Assembly: GCA_963810285.1 (NCBI GenBank) | Contig: CAWEMV010000002.1 | Span: 280,404 to 344,403, forward strand | Direction of reading: 5' to 3' | Length of the DNA: 64,000 bases | Source of the DNA: an uncultured Chloroflexia bacterium | GTDB taxonomy: Bacteria > Chloroflexota > Limnocylindria > Limnocylindrales > CSP1-4 | The notes under the pieces: model-generated | Database searches by the model: none | What the model was told of the DNA's origin: nothing | What the model saw: the letters and a program-made list of their open reading frames with translations, nothing else | In this document: positions 1 to 9,702 of the stretch, piece by piece | Layout: the number at the start of each line of letters is the position of its first letter | How positions within the stretch are numbered: the first letter of the stretch is position 1 | Position numbers and translations under genes: made by a program

Positions 1-1136
1 ATGAGCGCGATCGTCGTCGAGCCGCTGGTGAGGTCGATCAGCAGGCCGCCCGCGAGCATCCCGATCGGCTGGAGACCGAGCGAGATCGTCCGCGCCGTAC
101 TGCCGACCCGCCCGAGCAGGGCATCCGGGACGTAGTTCGTCCGGGCGGTGATGTACGTCAGGAACACGAGGCTCTGGCAGATGCCGGCCAGGCCGGCCGC
201 CGCGAGCAGGACCGGGACCTGGTCGCTGACGGCGACGACGATGGCGAGAACGCCGATGCCGGCCGTCCCGCCGAGCATCGACGGCGCGACCGGTCGTCGC
301 TTCGCTCGGGCCGTCAGCAGCGCACCGACGACCGTGCCGACCCCGAACGCGGTGAGGACCAGTCCGAGGACCGCCGCGTCGTAGCCGTGGTCGCGCGTGA
401 CGAGGACCGCCAGGACCGTGACGAGTGGCGCGGTGGTGATGGCGACCAGTCCCCAGAACAGGATGATCGACCGCAGGGCCGCGTGACCGACGATGTAGTC
501 GATGCCTTCGCGGATGTCGGCCACGAGCGACGCCGGCGGCCGGTCGGCCGGCGGCCGCAGGGGGCGCATGAACGCGATCGCGAGCGAGGACAGGGCGAAC
601 GACGCGGCGTCGATGGCGAGCGTCGGCCCCGGACCGATCGTTGCCGCGAGGAACCCGGCGATCGCCGGGCCGATGATGAAGCCGAACGAGTAGATCGCTT
701 CGAAGATCGACAGTGCCCGGCCGAGATCGGACCGCCCGACGAGCATCGGCACCGAGGCGCTGTATCCGGCGATGAACAGCGCGCGCAGGATGCTCAGTGG
801 CGCGACGACGATGAGGATCACCGCGATCGTCGGGCCGCCGATCAGGACCGACAGCGGGATGAGTGCGGTCAGCCCGGCGCGTCCGAGATCCGCCAGGAGC
901 ATCATCCGGCGCCGGTCGCCGCGGTCCGCGAGCGCGCCCGCCACCATGCCGAAGAACAGGTCGGGCAGCATCCCGAGCGCCCCGACGATGCCCATCATCA
1001 GGCCCGAGCCGGTGAGTGCCAGGACGAGCAGCGGCAGCGCCGTGAACGTGACCGCATCGCCGACGGCGGAGATGGCCTGCGACGTCAGCAGGACCTTGAA
1101 GTCGCGGTTGCGACGGAGGGGTCGGGGCTCGGGCAC
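1..1136 (-). CDS. MFS transporter (DHA3/MFS_3-like); 3' end runs off the window
   Basis: Not in the ORF track because it has no stop in the window. Manual translation from GTG 1136 gives MPEPRPLRRNRDFKVLLTSQAISAVGD...GALADRGDRRRMML (MFS motif A) followed by serial hydrophobic helices. Confidence 0.9.
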   Translation of the reverse strand, partial: MPEPRPLRRNRDFKVLLTSQAISAVGDAVTFTALPLLVLALTGSGLMMGIVGALGMLPDLFFGMVAGALADRGDRRRMMLLADLGRAGLTALIPLSVLIGGPTIAVILIVVAPLSILRALFIAGYSASVPMLVGRSDLGRALSIFEAIYSFGFIIGPAIAGFLAATIGPGPTLAIDAASFALSSLAIAFMRPLRPPADRPPASLVADIREGIDYIVGHAALRSIILFWGLVAITTAPLVTVLAVLVTRDHGYDAAVLGLVLTAFGVGTVVGALLTARAKRRPVAPSMLGGTAGIGVLAIVVAVSDQVPVLLAAAGLAGICQSLVFLTYITARTNYVPDALLGRVGSTARTISLGLQPIGMLAGGLLIDLTSGSTTIAL

Positions 1137-1188
1137 CAGCGGATGGTACGAGGGGCGGGTGGCCGTCCGCCTCCACTACCATCGATGC

Positions 1189-1848
1189 GTGGACCCGAGC
1201 ATCGCCGCCGCCGGGATCGTCGCCGCCGGGCGTCGACTCGGGTCGCGCGGCCTGATCTCCGCCGGCGAGGGCAACCTGTCCGTCCGGCTTGACGGGGACC
1301 GGGTGGCGGTCACGCCCAGGGGTCGGCGCAAGGACGAGCTGCGCGAGGACGACATCGTCGTCGTGACGATCGGCCCCGGGGCCCGCGATGCCCGGTCGTC
1401 CTCGGGTCGCGGGCCGTCATCGGACCTCGCGATCCACCTCGCGGTGTATGCAGCCCGGCCGGACATCGGCGCTGTCGCCCATGCCCATCTGCCCGCCTCG
1501 ATGGCGCTGACCCTCGGCGGCGAGATCCCCGACCCGAGCGCCCTGCCCGAGACGGCCCTGCTCATCCCCCGCCTGCCGTTCGTGCCGTTCGGCGAGATGG
1601 GCAGCGACGAGCTGGCAGCCCGCGTCGCGCGATCGTTGTCCGAGGGTCCGCTGCCGCGCGCGGACGTGGCGCTGCTCGAGCGGCACGGCGCGGTCGCGGT
1701 CGGGGCGGACCCCGATGCGGCGGTCGATCGGCTCGAGCTGGTCGAGGTCCTGTGCCGGACCTGGCGCGACAGCCTCCTCGTGCGAGCCGCGCGTCTGCGC
1801 GTGGACGTCGAGGCCCGGGACAGCTCCGGGGCTGGACCGACCGGGTAG
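1189..1848 (+). CDS. Class II aldolase/adducin family protein
   Basis: C-terminal part of ORF 772..1848 with GEGNLSVR, PSSDLAIHLAVY, AHAH and LLERHG zinc-binding motifs. GTG 1189 lies 6 nt after TACCAT. Confidence 0.88.
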   Translation: MDPSIAAAGIVAAGRRLGSRGLISAGEGNLSVRLDGDRVAVTPRGRRKDELREDDIVVVTIGPGARDARSSSGRGPSSDLAIHLAVYAARPDIGAVAHAHLPASMALTLGGEIPDPSALPETALLIPRLPFVPFGEMGSDELAARVARSLSEGPLPRADVALLERHGAVAVGADPDAAVDRLELVEVLCRTWRDSLLVRAARLRVDVEARDSSGAGPTG

Positions 1849-1903
1849 CATCGGTCTCGCCCAGACCGTTGCGGTGAGGCAACGGACCTTACGTGGAGGG
1901 ATC

Positions 1904-2593
1904 ATGGACACCCGCAAGTACCTGGCGGAGCTGATCGGCACGTTCCTCTTCCTGACGATCGGCTACCTGTCGGTCCCGGCGATCGGCGGTGCGTCGGTGG
2001 ACACGCCGAACCTGCTCGTCGTCCCGTTCTCGTTCGGCCTCGGCCTGCTCGCCGCGATCTTCGCGGTCGGTCACATCTCAGGTGGCCACTTCAATCCCGC
2101 GGTGACGGTCGCGGCGGTGCTCGACAAGCGAGTGGAGGTGACCGACGCGATCGGCTACATCCTGGCGCAGGTCATCGGGGCGATCGCGGCTGCGGCGGTC
2201 GTGGCGGTCGTGGCGGGCCAGCAGGCGGTCGCCGACGGCATCACCAAGCCGGGCGGCGGCGTATCCGACATCGGGGCGCTGATCATCGAGTTCGTCATGA
2301 CGGCCGGGTTCATCCTGGTGATCCTCGTCTGCATGCAGCGAGCGGCGGCGCTGGCGGCCCTGGCCATCCCCCTCACGCTGGTCGCGATCCACTTCGCGAG
2401 CGCGACGCTGTCCGGTGCGTCGGTCAACCCGGCCCGATCGATCGGATCGGCGCTGATCGGCGGCGACCTGAGCGCGCTGTGGATCTACCTGGTCGCGCCG
2501 ATCGGTGGCGCCATCGCGGGGTGGGCGGTGTACTGGCTGGTCATCCGCGAGGAGACCGCGGCCGACGCAGCCCCGGCGGAGCCCACGGCCTAG
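1904..2593 (+). CDS. aqpZ: Aquaporin (MIP family, AqpZ-like)
   Basis: Two NPA motifs (SGGHFNPAVT, GASVNPARS), six hydrophobic segments, and GGAGG upstream of ATG 1904. Confidence 0.9.
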   Translation: MDTRKYLAELIGTFLFLTIGYLSVPAIGGASVDTPNLLVVPFSFGLGLLAAIFAVGHISGGHFNPAVTVAAVLDKRVEVTDAIGYILAQVIGAIAAAAVVAVVAGQQAVADGITKPGGGVSDIGALIIEFVMTAGFILVILVCMQRAAALAALAIPLTLVAIHFASATLSGASVNPARSIGSALIGGDLSALWIYLVAPIGGAIAGWAVYWLVIREETAADAAPAEPTA

Positions 2594-2617
2594 CGCCCGA
2601 GCCGAACCCCGGTCCGC

Positions 2618-2947
2618 ATGCAGACCCTCCACCTCCGGACGACCGGACGGCGGACCGGGGAGGCGCGGCGTACGCCGCTGTACTACGTCGAGGACGGCGA
2701 CAACGTCGCCATCATCACGTCGAACGGCGGCCGCGACGACGATCCCGCATGGTGGTTGAACCTGCAGGCGACGCCGGACGCGGCGATCGAGATCCGCAAG
2801 GTGGAGCGTCCCGTCCGGGCTCGGCAGGCCACGGCCGATGAGGAGGAACGGCTCTGGCCGCGGTTCGTGGCCGGTCTCCGCAACTACGCGGCGTACAAGC
2901 GGAAGACCGCGCGCCCGATCGTCGTCGTGATCCTCGAGCCTCGCTGA
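2618..2947 (+). CDS. Deazaflavin (F420)-dependent nitroreductase family (Ddn-like), short N-terminus
   Basis: TTGRRTG..RRTPL, SNGG...PAWWLNL and Y..Y...T.R.I.VV.LEP are typical Ddn/FDOR-A motifs. Confidence 0.85.
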   Translation: MQTLHLRTTGRRTGEARRTPLYYVEDGDNVAIITSNGGRDDDPAWWLNLQATPDAAIEIRKVERPVRARQATADEEERLWPRFVAGLRNYAAYKRKTARPIVVVILEPR

Positions 2948-2964
2948 GCCAGGTCCGCAGCGGG

Positions 2965-3522
2965 CTACTCCGCCTCCTCGAGGCTGAACCGCTGCGCGTT
3001 GCCCAGCTGGTCCCACACCCGGGCCTGGGTGACCGCCAGCATCTGGCGGACGTGGTTGCGGTCGTGGTGGACCCACTCGCCGACCAGCTCGCCGACCCGC
3101 AGCTCGCCGACCTGCGGGTGCCGCCCCGACCGGACGAGGTCGTCCTCGGTCAACCCGCGCATCAGCACGACGCTGTCGGCCCGCAGCGCGACGAACTCGT
3201 CGACGAGCTCCGCCGGCGGTCGCTCGTGATCGCGCCGGGCCGCGGCGACCGCCGGCGGATCCCACCCCGCCAGCATCGTGGGAGCGCCCTCCAGGGGCGC
3301 GGCGAGGATCGTCCGGATCCGTCCTGCGAAGCCGCGTCGCTCGGCCTCGATGAGGTGGCCGACGCACTCGATCGCGCTCCATTCGCCGGCTGCCGGGCGC
3401 CATCCGGCGTCGGCGCCGAGCGCCCGCAGCTCCTCAGCGACCGTCGCGGCCGTGGCTGCCAGCAGCTCGGCGATGGCCCGCGGATCGAGCGCAGGCGCGA
3501 CGCTCCCGTCAGGGCCGGTCAT
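2965..3522 (-). CDS. DinB family protein
   Basis: WS..ECVGHL and HHDRNH metal-binding histidines in a helical fold. Confidence 0.85.
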   Translation of the reverse strand: MTGPDGSVAPALDPRAIAELLAATAATVAEELRALGADAGWRPAAGEWSAIECVGHLIEAERRGFAGRIRTILAAPLEGAPTMLAGWDPPAVAAARRDHERPPAELVDEFVALRADSVVLMRGLTEDDLVRSGRHPQVGELRVGELVGEWVHHDRNHVRQMLAVTQARVWDQLGNAQRFSLEEAE

Positions 3523-5487
3523 GGCGGCGGCCCGCGTCGGAGCCTGGCCGTGACGAGCGCGGCGGTCACGCCGCCGACGGCGACCAGCAGCCCGACCAGC
3601 ACCGGCGTCGTGAGCACGGATCGGGCACCAGCGAGCGCTTGGGGCGCCGGGGTCGGGGCGGCGGTCGGCACCGGGGTCGGTGGCGGCACGCTGGGTGCGA
3701 CCGGGGTCGGCGTCGCCGGGCTGGGCGACGGCGTGTACCCGACCGGGACGAGGTCGAGGTAGGCCGCGACGCCGAACGTGAAGAAGTTCACCCGGCCGTC
3801 TCCCGGACCGGCCGACCAGCCCTCGAACCGGTCGGTGCGGTAGGCATGGAGGTCATCGTCGTAGAACAGGATGAGGTAGGGCGCCTCGTCGTAGGCGAGG
3901 TCGAGCATGTCGTGGACGACCGGCGGCCGGGCGTCGACGGTCTGGGCCTGGCGCTGCTGGTCGAACAGCGCGTCGTACGCCGGGTTCGAGTAGTTGCTGT
4001 CGCTCCACACGCCGATCTGGTCGGTCGTCAGCAGCGACAGCAGGAAATCCGGGTCTGGTGAGCCCGTCCAGCCCCACAGCTCGACGTCGTAGTCCGCCGT
4101 CCCGCCGGCCTCGGGCACGTACAGCAGCTCCGCGAGCGTGTCGGACGCGAGGCCCCGCGCGGTCACCCCGACCCCGACGCGCTCCCAGCGGAACGTGAGC
4201 GCCCGTGCCACGGCGGCGTACTTGGGGTCGGACGTCGGGAAGAAGAGCCGCAGCTCGATCGGCCGTCCCTCCTTGTCCTCGCGACGGCCGTCGCGATCGC
4301 TGTCGCGGTAGCCGGCCGCTTCGAGCCGGCGCTGCGCCTCGGTCGGGTCGAACCGCCGCGGGGTCGACGGCTCGGCATGGAACGGTGCGAACAGGGGCGG
4401 GATCGCGGTGGTGCCGGGCGTCGCATGCCCGCTCAGCGCGGCGTCGATGAGCGGCCCCGGGCTGATCGCATAGCCGAGCGCATCGCGGAACAGCGGGTCG
4501 CGAACGGCCGACGTGGACGGCCCACCGCCGTCGATCTGCTCGGGATAGGCGTTGAACGCGACGTGGGTGTAGCCCGGTCCCTTGCCGGCCGTGCCGACGA
4601 TGTCGGCCTCGCCGTCGAGCCCGTCGAACTGGTCGTGACGCACGCCCCGGACGTAGTCGACCTCGCCGGCGCGGAGCGCCGCGGCCATCGCCGGCTGGTC
4701 GTCATAGAACCGGAAGACGACCTCGTCGAGGAACGGCTGCTTCCCCCAGTAGAACGGGTTGCGGACGAAGCGGGCCGACGTGCCGCGCTCCCACTCCACG
4801 ATCTGGAACGGGCCGGTGCCGACGACCGGAGGTTCGGCCTGGAAGTCGGTGACGGCCTGGCGGAACGTGACCGTGGACCAGATGTGCTCGGGCAGGATCG
4901 GTACGTAGGCACCGAGGAGCAGCGTGGTCGGGGCCGTCGTGGTCAGCACGACGGTCCGCTCGTCGACCAGCTCGACGGTCTGCAGGCCGACCGCGTTGAC
5001 CAGCACGTCGCCGTACAGCGACAGGGGGTTGTCGGGCCGCCCGTCACCGCGGGTCTGGCCCTGTCCAGGGACGTCGTTGCCGTCGGGTGCCCACGGGCCC
5101 TGGTACGCGGGGTCCATGCTGGCGAGGATGTACTGGAACGTGAACGCGACGTCCGCCGGCGTCGGCCGGCTGGCCATCCGACCAGCGCATGCCATCGCGG
5201 ATCGCGAAGGTCCACGTTGCGCCGTCCTGGGTCCACGACTCGGCGAAGCCCGTCGGCGCGTAATCGAGATCGGGCCCGAAGCCGACCAGCACGTCGTAGT
5301 CGAGGATCATCGCCTCCGCCGACGAGCCGATGAACGACAGGTGCGGGTTGACCGAATCGAACTCCTGGACCGTCGCGATGCGGAGCGTCCGCTCCTCCTG
5401 GGCGACCGCCGGTCCGGGCAGGCCCGTGAGCACGGCGCACAGACCGGCGAGGAGGACGACCGTGGCCCGGCGGTGTCGAGCGAGCAT
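3519..5487 (-). pseudogene. Peptide/nickel ABC substrate-binding protein (family 5) with a one-base insertion near 5165; may be an intact gene with a sequencing error
   Basis: ORF 5044..5487 (signal peptide, ...GMRWSDGQPA) continues in ORF 3519..5195 (TPADVAFTF...VGTGPF). Removing one base restores WSDGQPATPADV, matching the paralogue's WSDGEPATAEDA. It has a C-terminal Pro/Thr linker and a TM helix. Confidence 0.85.
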
Positions 5488-5517
5488 GGGTCGGCGAGTA
5501 TGCCCCGAATCGCTCGA

Positions 5518-6576
5518 TCAGGTGGCCGGTGCGGCCCCGTCCACGACCGGCAGGGCGCGCCCGCCATCGGCCATCCCGGGCTCGGCCAGCCAGCATGCCG
5601 ACGCATGCCCGTCGCCGAGGTCGAACAGCGGCGGCGACTCGGTGCGACAGCGGTCGAAGACCTTCGGGCAGCGCGGGTGGAAGCGGCAGCCGGCCGGCAC
5701 GTGCGCGGCGTCGGGCGTCTCGCCCCTGAGGATCGTCCGGGCCGTCCGCGCGCCCGGCGTCGGCGGCTCCGGCGAGGGCGAGACCGACACCAGCGCCTCG
5801 GTGTACGGGTTGCGCGGCGATCGGATCACGGTCTCGGCGGCGCCGATCTCCATGATCCGCCCGAGGTACATGACCGCGATGCGGTCGGCGATGACCCACG
5901 CGAGCGACAGGTCATGGGTGATGAACAGGTAGGTGAGACCACGCTCCTCACGCAGGTCGAGCATCAGACGGAGCAGCTCGGTCCGGATCGACACGTCAAG
6001 CATCGACACCGGCTCGTCGGCGACGATGACCTCCGGGTCCATGACCAGGGCGCCGGCGATGACCACGCGCTGACGCTGGCCACCCGACAGCTCGTGCGGG
6101 AAGCGCGAGGCGTACTCGGCGCCGGGTCGCAGGCCGGCAGCCTCCAGCGCCGCGATGACCCGTTCGCGCCGATCGCTCCGCGTGCCGATGCCGTTGACCT
6201 CGAGCGGCTCGGCGACGAACTCGTGGATGGACTTCTTGGGGTCGAGCGTCTCGTACGGGTCCTGGAAGATCAGCTGGACCCGCCGGCGGTAGTCGCGCAG
6301 CTCCTTGACCGACCAGAGGTCGCTCACGTCGCGCCCCTCGAACGAGACGCTGCCCGCGGTCTGGCGGGTGAGCTTGACGATGACCCGGCCGATCGTCGTC
6401 TTGCCGCTCCCCGACTCACCGACCAGCGCGAGTACCTCGCCGCGCCGAAGCGTCAGGTCGACGCCGTCCACCGCCCGGACGAGCCCGATGGGTCGCCTGG
6501 TCAGCGTGTCGAACAGCCCGCCGCCGAGCGGGAAGTGGACCTCGAGGCCCTCGATCCGGAACAGCTCATCGACCAT
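5518..6576 (-). CDS. Oligopeptide ABC transporter ATP-binding protein (OppF/AppF-like)
   Basis: GESGSGKT, LSGGQRQR, ADEP and a C-terminal GCRFHPRC Fe-S domain. Confidence 0.93.
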   Translation of the reverse strand: MVDELFRIEGLEVHFPLGGGLFDTLTRRPIGLVRAVDGVDLTLRRGEVLALVGESGSGKTTIGRVIVKLTRQTAGSVSFEGRDVSDLWSVKELRDYRRRVQLIFQDPYETLDPKKSIHEFVAEPLEVNGIGTRSDRRERVIAALEAAGLRPGAEYASRFPHELSGGQRQRVVIAGALVMDPEVIVADEPVSMLDVSIRTELLRLMLDLREERGLTYLFITHDLSLAWVIADRIAVMYLGRIMEIGAAETVIRSPRNPYTEALVSVSPSPEPPTPGARTARTILRGETPDAAHVPAGCRFHPRCPKVFDRCRTESPPLFDLGDGHASACWLAEPGMADGGRALPVVDGAAPAT

Positions 6577-7755
6577 CAGGCGACCCCGCTCGTCGGCAGG
6601 TCGATCGCGGCAGCCGCGGGTACGGCGACCGGCTCGCCGTCACCGTCCTGGGGGTAGAGGTGACAGGCGACCCGGACGCCATCGAACGTCGTCTCCGGCG
6701 GGACGACCTCGGTACAGACGGCCATGACGAGCGGGCATCGCGGAGCGAACCGGCAGCCCGGCGGTGGCGTGCGCAGGTCCGGTGGCGAGCCCGGGATGAC
6801 GTCGAGCGTCCGTCGATCGGCGTGGATGTTCGGGAACGCCGAGAGCAGCTTCTGCGTGTAGGGGTGCCGTGGGCGCCGGAAGACCTCGTCGACCGGGCCC
6901 TCCTCCGCGACGCGACCCGCGTACATGATCATCACCCGATCGCAGGTCTCGGCGATGACCGACAGGTCGTGGGTGATGAGGATGATCGACAGGCCCGAGC
7001 TTGTGCCGGAGGTCCTCGAGCAGCTCGAGGATCTGCGCCTGGATCATCACGTCGAGCGCGGTCGTCGGCTCATCCCCGATGATGACCGCCGGATCGCATG
7101 CAAGCGCCATCGCGATCATCGCCCGCTGGCGCATGCCGCCCGACAGCTGGTGCGGGTAGACGCCCCCGCGCTTGCGGGGGATCCCGACGAGCTCGAGCAG
7201 CTCGTCCGCGCGCTTGCCCGCGGCCTTCGGCGACTCGCCGAGGCGTTCCTCGATCGGCTCGGCGATCTGATCGCGGACGCGGCGGACCGGGTTGAGCGCG
7301 TTCATCGCGCCCTGGAAGACGATGCTCACCTCGCGCCACCGATAGCGCCGCAGGGCGTTCTCGCTCTTGGGCACGAGGTCGATGCCCATGAGGCTGATGC
7401 GACCCGACACGATGTGCGCGTTGGGCGGCAGGATGCGCACCAGCGACAGGGCGGTCGTGGTCTTGCCACAGCCGGACTCGCCGGCGATGCCCAGCGCCTC
7501 GCCATGGTCGAGGCGGAACGAGACCCCGTCGACCGCGTGGACGGTGCCCGACCCGACCGTGAAGTGTGTCCGCAGGTCCTCGACGACCAGCAGCGGGGCC
7601 GCCGGGTCGGCCTGCTTGGGCAACACCCGTTCGCGACGGACGACCGTGGTCGTGGGGGCGGTCGGCTCGATCGGCTCCTCCGGCTCGACCAGCTCCTCCG
7701 GCTCGATGTCCGGCGGGGTCATCCCCGGTCGGGACGATGGCGGGATCATGGTCAT
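6576..7755 (-). pseudogene. Oligopeptide ABC transporter ATP-binding protein (OppD-like) with a one-base insertion at 6994-6996; possible sequencing error
   Basis: [16 protein letters not shown] and DEPTTALD are in ORF 6640..7866. An extra G in a GGG run breaks [11 protein letters not shown], and the C-terminus (GCRFAPRC) is in ORF 6576..6935. The start overlaps the permease stop (ATGA). Confidence 0.85.
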
Positions 7756-8690
7756 CGGCGTGCCCTCCGCCGCGGGTTCAGGAGGTCGTCGAGCGCCGTT
7801 CCGAGCAGCGTGAACGCGAAGACGACCAGGACGATGCAGGCGCCCGGTGGGACGAAGTACCACCACGCACCAAGACTCGGGGCACCGACCTCCTCGGCGG
7901 CGTTCAGCAGCTGACCCCAGGACGGCTGGAACGGATCGCCGAGACCGACGAACGAGAGCGTCGTCTCGGTCAGCACCGCACCCGCGAACACGAGCACGGC
8001 ATTCGCGACGATGAGGTTCATGACGTTGGGCAGGATGTGGTTGGCCATGATGTGCATGCGGCCCGCGCCGATGACGCGGGCCCGATCGACGAACGGACGT
8101 TCCTTCAGCGAGAGCGTCTGGGCACGCAGGATCCGCGCCGTCGAGGCCCAGCTGGTGATGCCGACGACGACCACGATGACGATCAGCGTGGTGCGGATGC
8201 CGAAGAACACGCTGCCCGAGCCGATCACGTCGGCGATGATCGGCGCGAGGATCAGGGCGAGGACGAAGGTCGGCAGGACGAGGAAGAAGTCCGTCACCCG
8301 CATCAGTGCGCCGTCGGTACGTCCACCGACGAAGCCGCTGACGACCCCGATCACGCCGCCCAGGAACACGGTGATGACGGTCGCGAGCAGGCCGATCACC
8401 ATCGAGATCCGGGTGCCGTGGACGGTGAGGTTCAGCATGCTCCGCCCGATCTCGTCGGTGCCCAGCGGGTACTGCAGGCTCGGCGGTTCGAGCCGGTCGC
8501 CCGTGGCGGTCACCGCTGTCTGCAACGGGCCGACGAGGAGATCGGGGATGAGGGCGAGCACGGTGAAGAAGGCCAGGATGGCGAAGCCGATCAGGCCGTC
8601 GGGCCTGGCCAGGACCCGACGGAGCAGTCGGTCGGCCGGCGCGGCGGGCGCCAGGGCCCCGGGCGTCGCGGTGACGGACGGCGTCGTCAC
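7752..8690 (-). CDS. Oligopeptide ABC transporter permease (OppC-like)
   Basis: PLGTDEIGR, an EAA-like loop (FVDRARVIGA), HILPN and PSWG. Confidence 0.93.
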   Translation of the reverse strand: MTTPSVTATPGALAPAAPADRLLRRVLARPDGLIGFAILAFFTVLALIPDLLVGPLQTAVTATGDRLEPPSLQYPLGTDEIGRSMLNLTVHGTRISMVIGLLATVITVFLGGVIGVVSGFVGGRTDGALMRVTDFFLVLPTFVLALILAPIIADVIGSGSVFFGIRTTLIVIVVVVGITSWASTARILRAQTLSLKERPFVDRARVIGAGRMHIMANHILPNVMNLIVANAVLVFAGAVLTETTLSFVGLGDPFQPSWGQLLNAAEEVGAPSLGAWWYFVPPGACIVLVVFAFTLLGTALDDLLNPRRRARR

Positions 8691-9661
8691 GCCCGTACCC
8701 GTGGGTCGAGCCGCCCGTAGATCATGTCGGCGCCAAGGTTCGCCAGCACCACCGAGACGCTGAGGACCAGGAAGATCCCCTGCAGGACCGGGTAATCGCG
8801 GGCATTCAAGGCCTCGACCGTCAACGTCCCCAGGCCGGGCCAGTTGAACACGACCTCGACGGTGATCGCTCCCGCGACCACGTAGCCGAGGTTGATGGCG
8901 ATCAACGACACGGCGGGAAGCATCGCGTTGGGGATCGCGTGCGCGCGCAGGATCCGGCCCTCGACCAGGCCCTTCGCCCGCGCCGTGGTGATGTACTCGT
9001 CGTTGAGCGTTTCGATGATCGAGGAGCGCATGAGGATCGAGTACTGGCCGATCAACCCGAGGGCGACCGTCGCGACGGGCAGGACGAGGTGCGAGAGGAG
9101 ATCGCCGAGATACTCGAGCGGCGAGTCGTAGGTCGCGCCCGGGGTCGTCATGCCGAAGGACGGGAACCAGTGCAGCGTCGTGGCAAAGATCAGGAGCAGG
9201 ATCATCCCGAGCAGGAAGTAGGGCATCGAATACAGGATCAGCGAGACCCCGTTGCCGACGATGTCGGCCGCCCCGCCTCGTCGCCAGCCGGCGTAGGCGC
9301 CGAGACCGAGGCCCACGACGATGGCGATCAGCTCACCGAGGCCGAACAGCAGCAGCGTCGGTCCGAGCCGGCTCCCGATCACCTCGGTCACCGGGCGGCC
9401 CTGGGACGCGAACGCATTCCCGAGGTCGCCGCGAGCCGTCGCCGCGACGTACGCGACCAGCTGGTCGGGGACCAGTGGCTTGTCGATCCCCCAGCGCTCC
9501 CGGATCTGCTGGATGGCCTGGGGCGAGACGTTCGGGTTCCGGGCGAGGATCCGTTCCGGCGATCCGGGCATCGCCCGGAACAGCAGGAAGTTGAGCACGA
9601 TGATCATGAGGATCGTGATGGCCGCCTGCACCAGGCGGCGCACCGCGAACCGTGTGGCCAT
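8687..9661 (-). CDS. Oligopeptide ABC transporter permease (OppB-like)
   Basis: YITTARAKGL, HAIPNA, EVVFNWPGLG and RDYPVLQG. Confidence 0.93.
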   Translation of the reverse strand: MATRFAVRRLVQAAITILMIIVLNFLLFRAMPGSPERILARNPNVSPQAIQQIRERWGIDKPLVPDQLVAYVAATARGDLGNAFASQGRPVTEVIGSRLGPTLLLFGLGELIAIVVGLGLGAYAGWRRGGAADIVGNGVSLILYSMPYFLLGMILLLIFATTLHWFPSFGMTTPGATYDSPLEYLGDLLSHLVLPVATVALGLIGQYSILMRSSIIETLNDEYITTARAKGLVEGRILRAHAIPNAMLPAVSLIAINLGYVVAGAITVEVVFNWPGLGTLTVEALNARDYPVLQGIFLVLSVSVVLANLGADMIYGRLDPRVRA

Positions 9662-9702
9662 CGCTTGTCAGCGCGTCGGAGCGGGCGACGCCTGGTCGGC
9701 CG

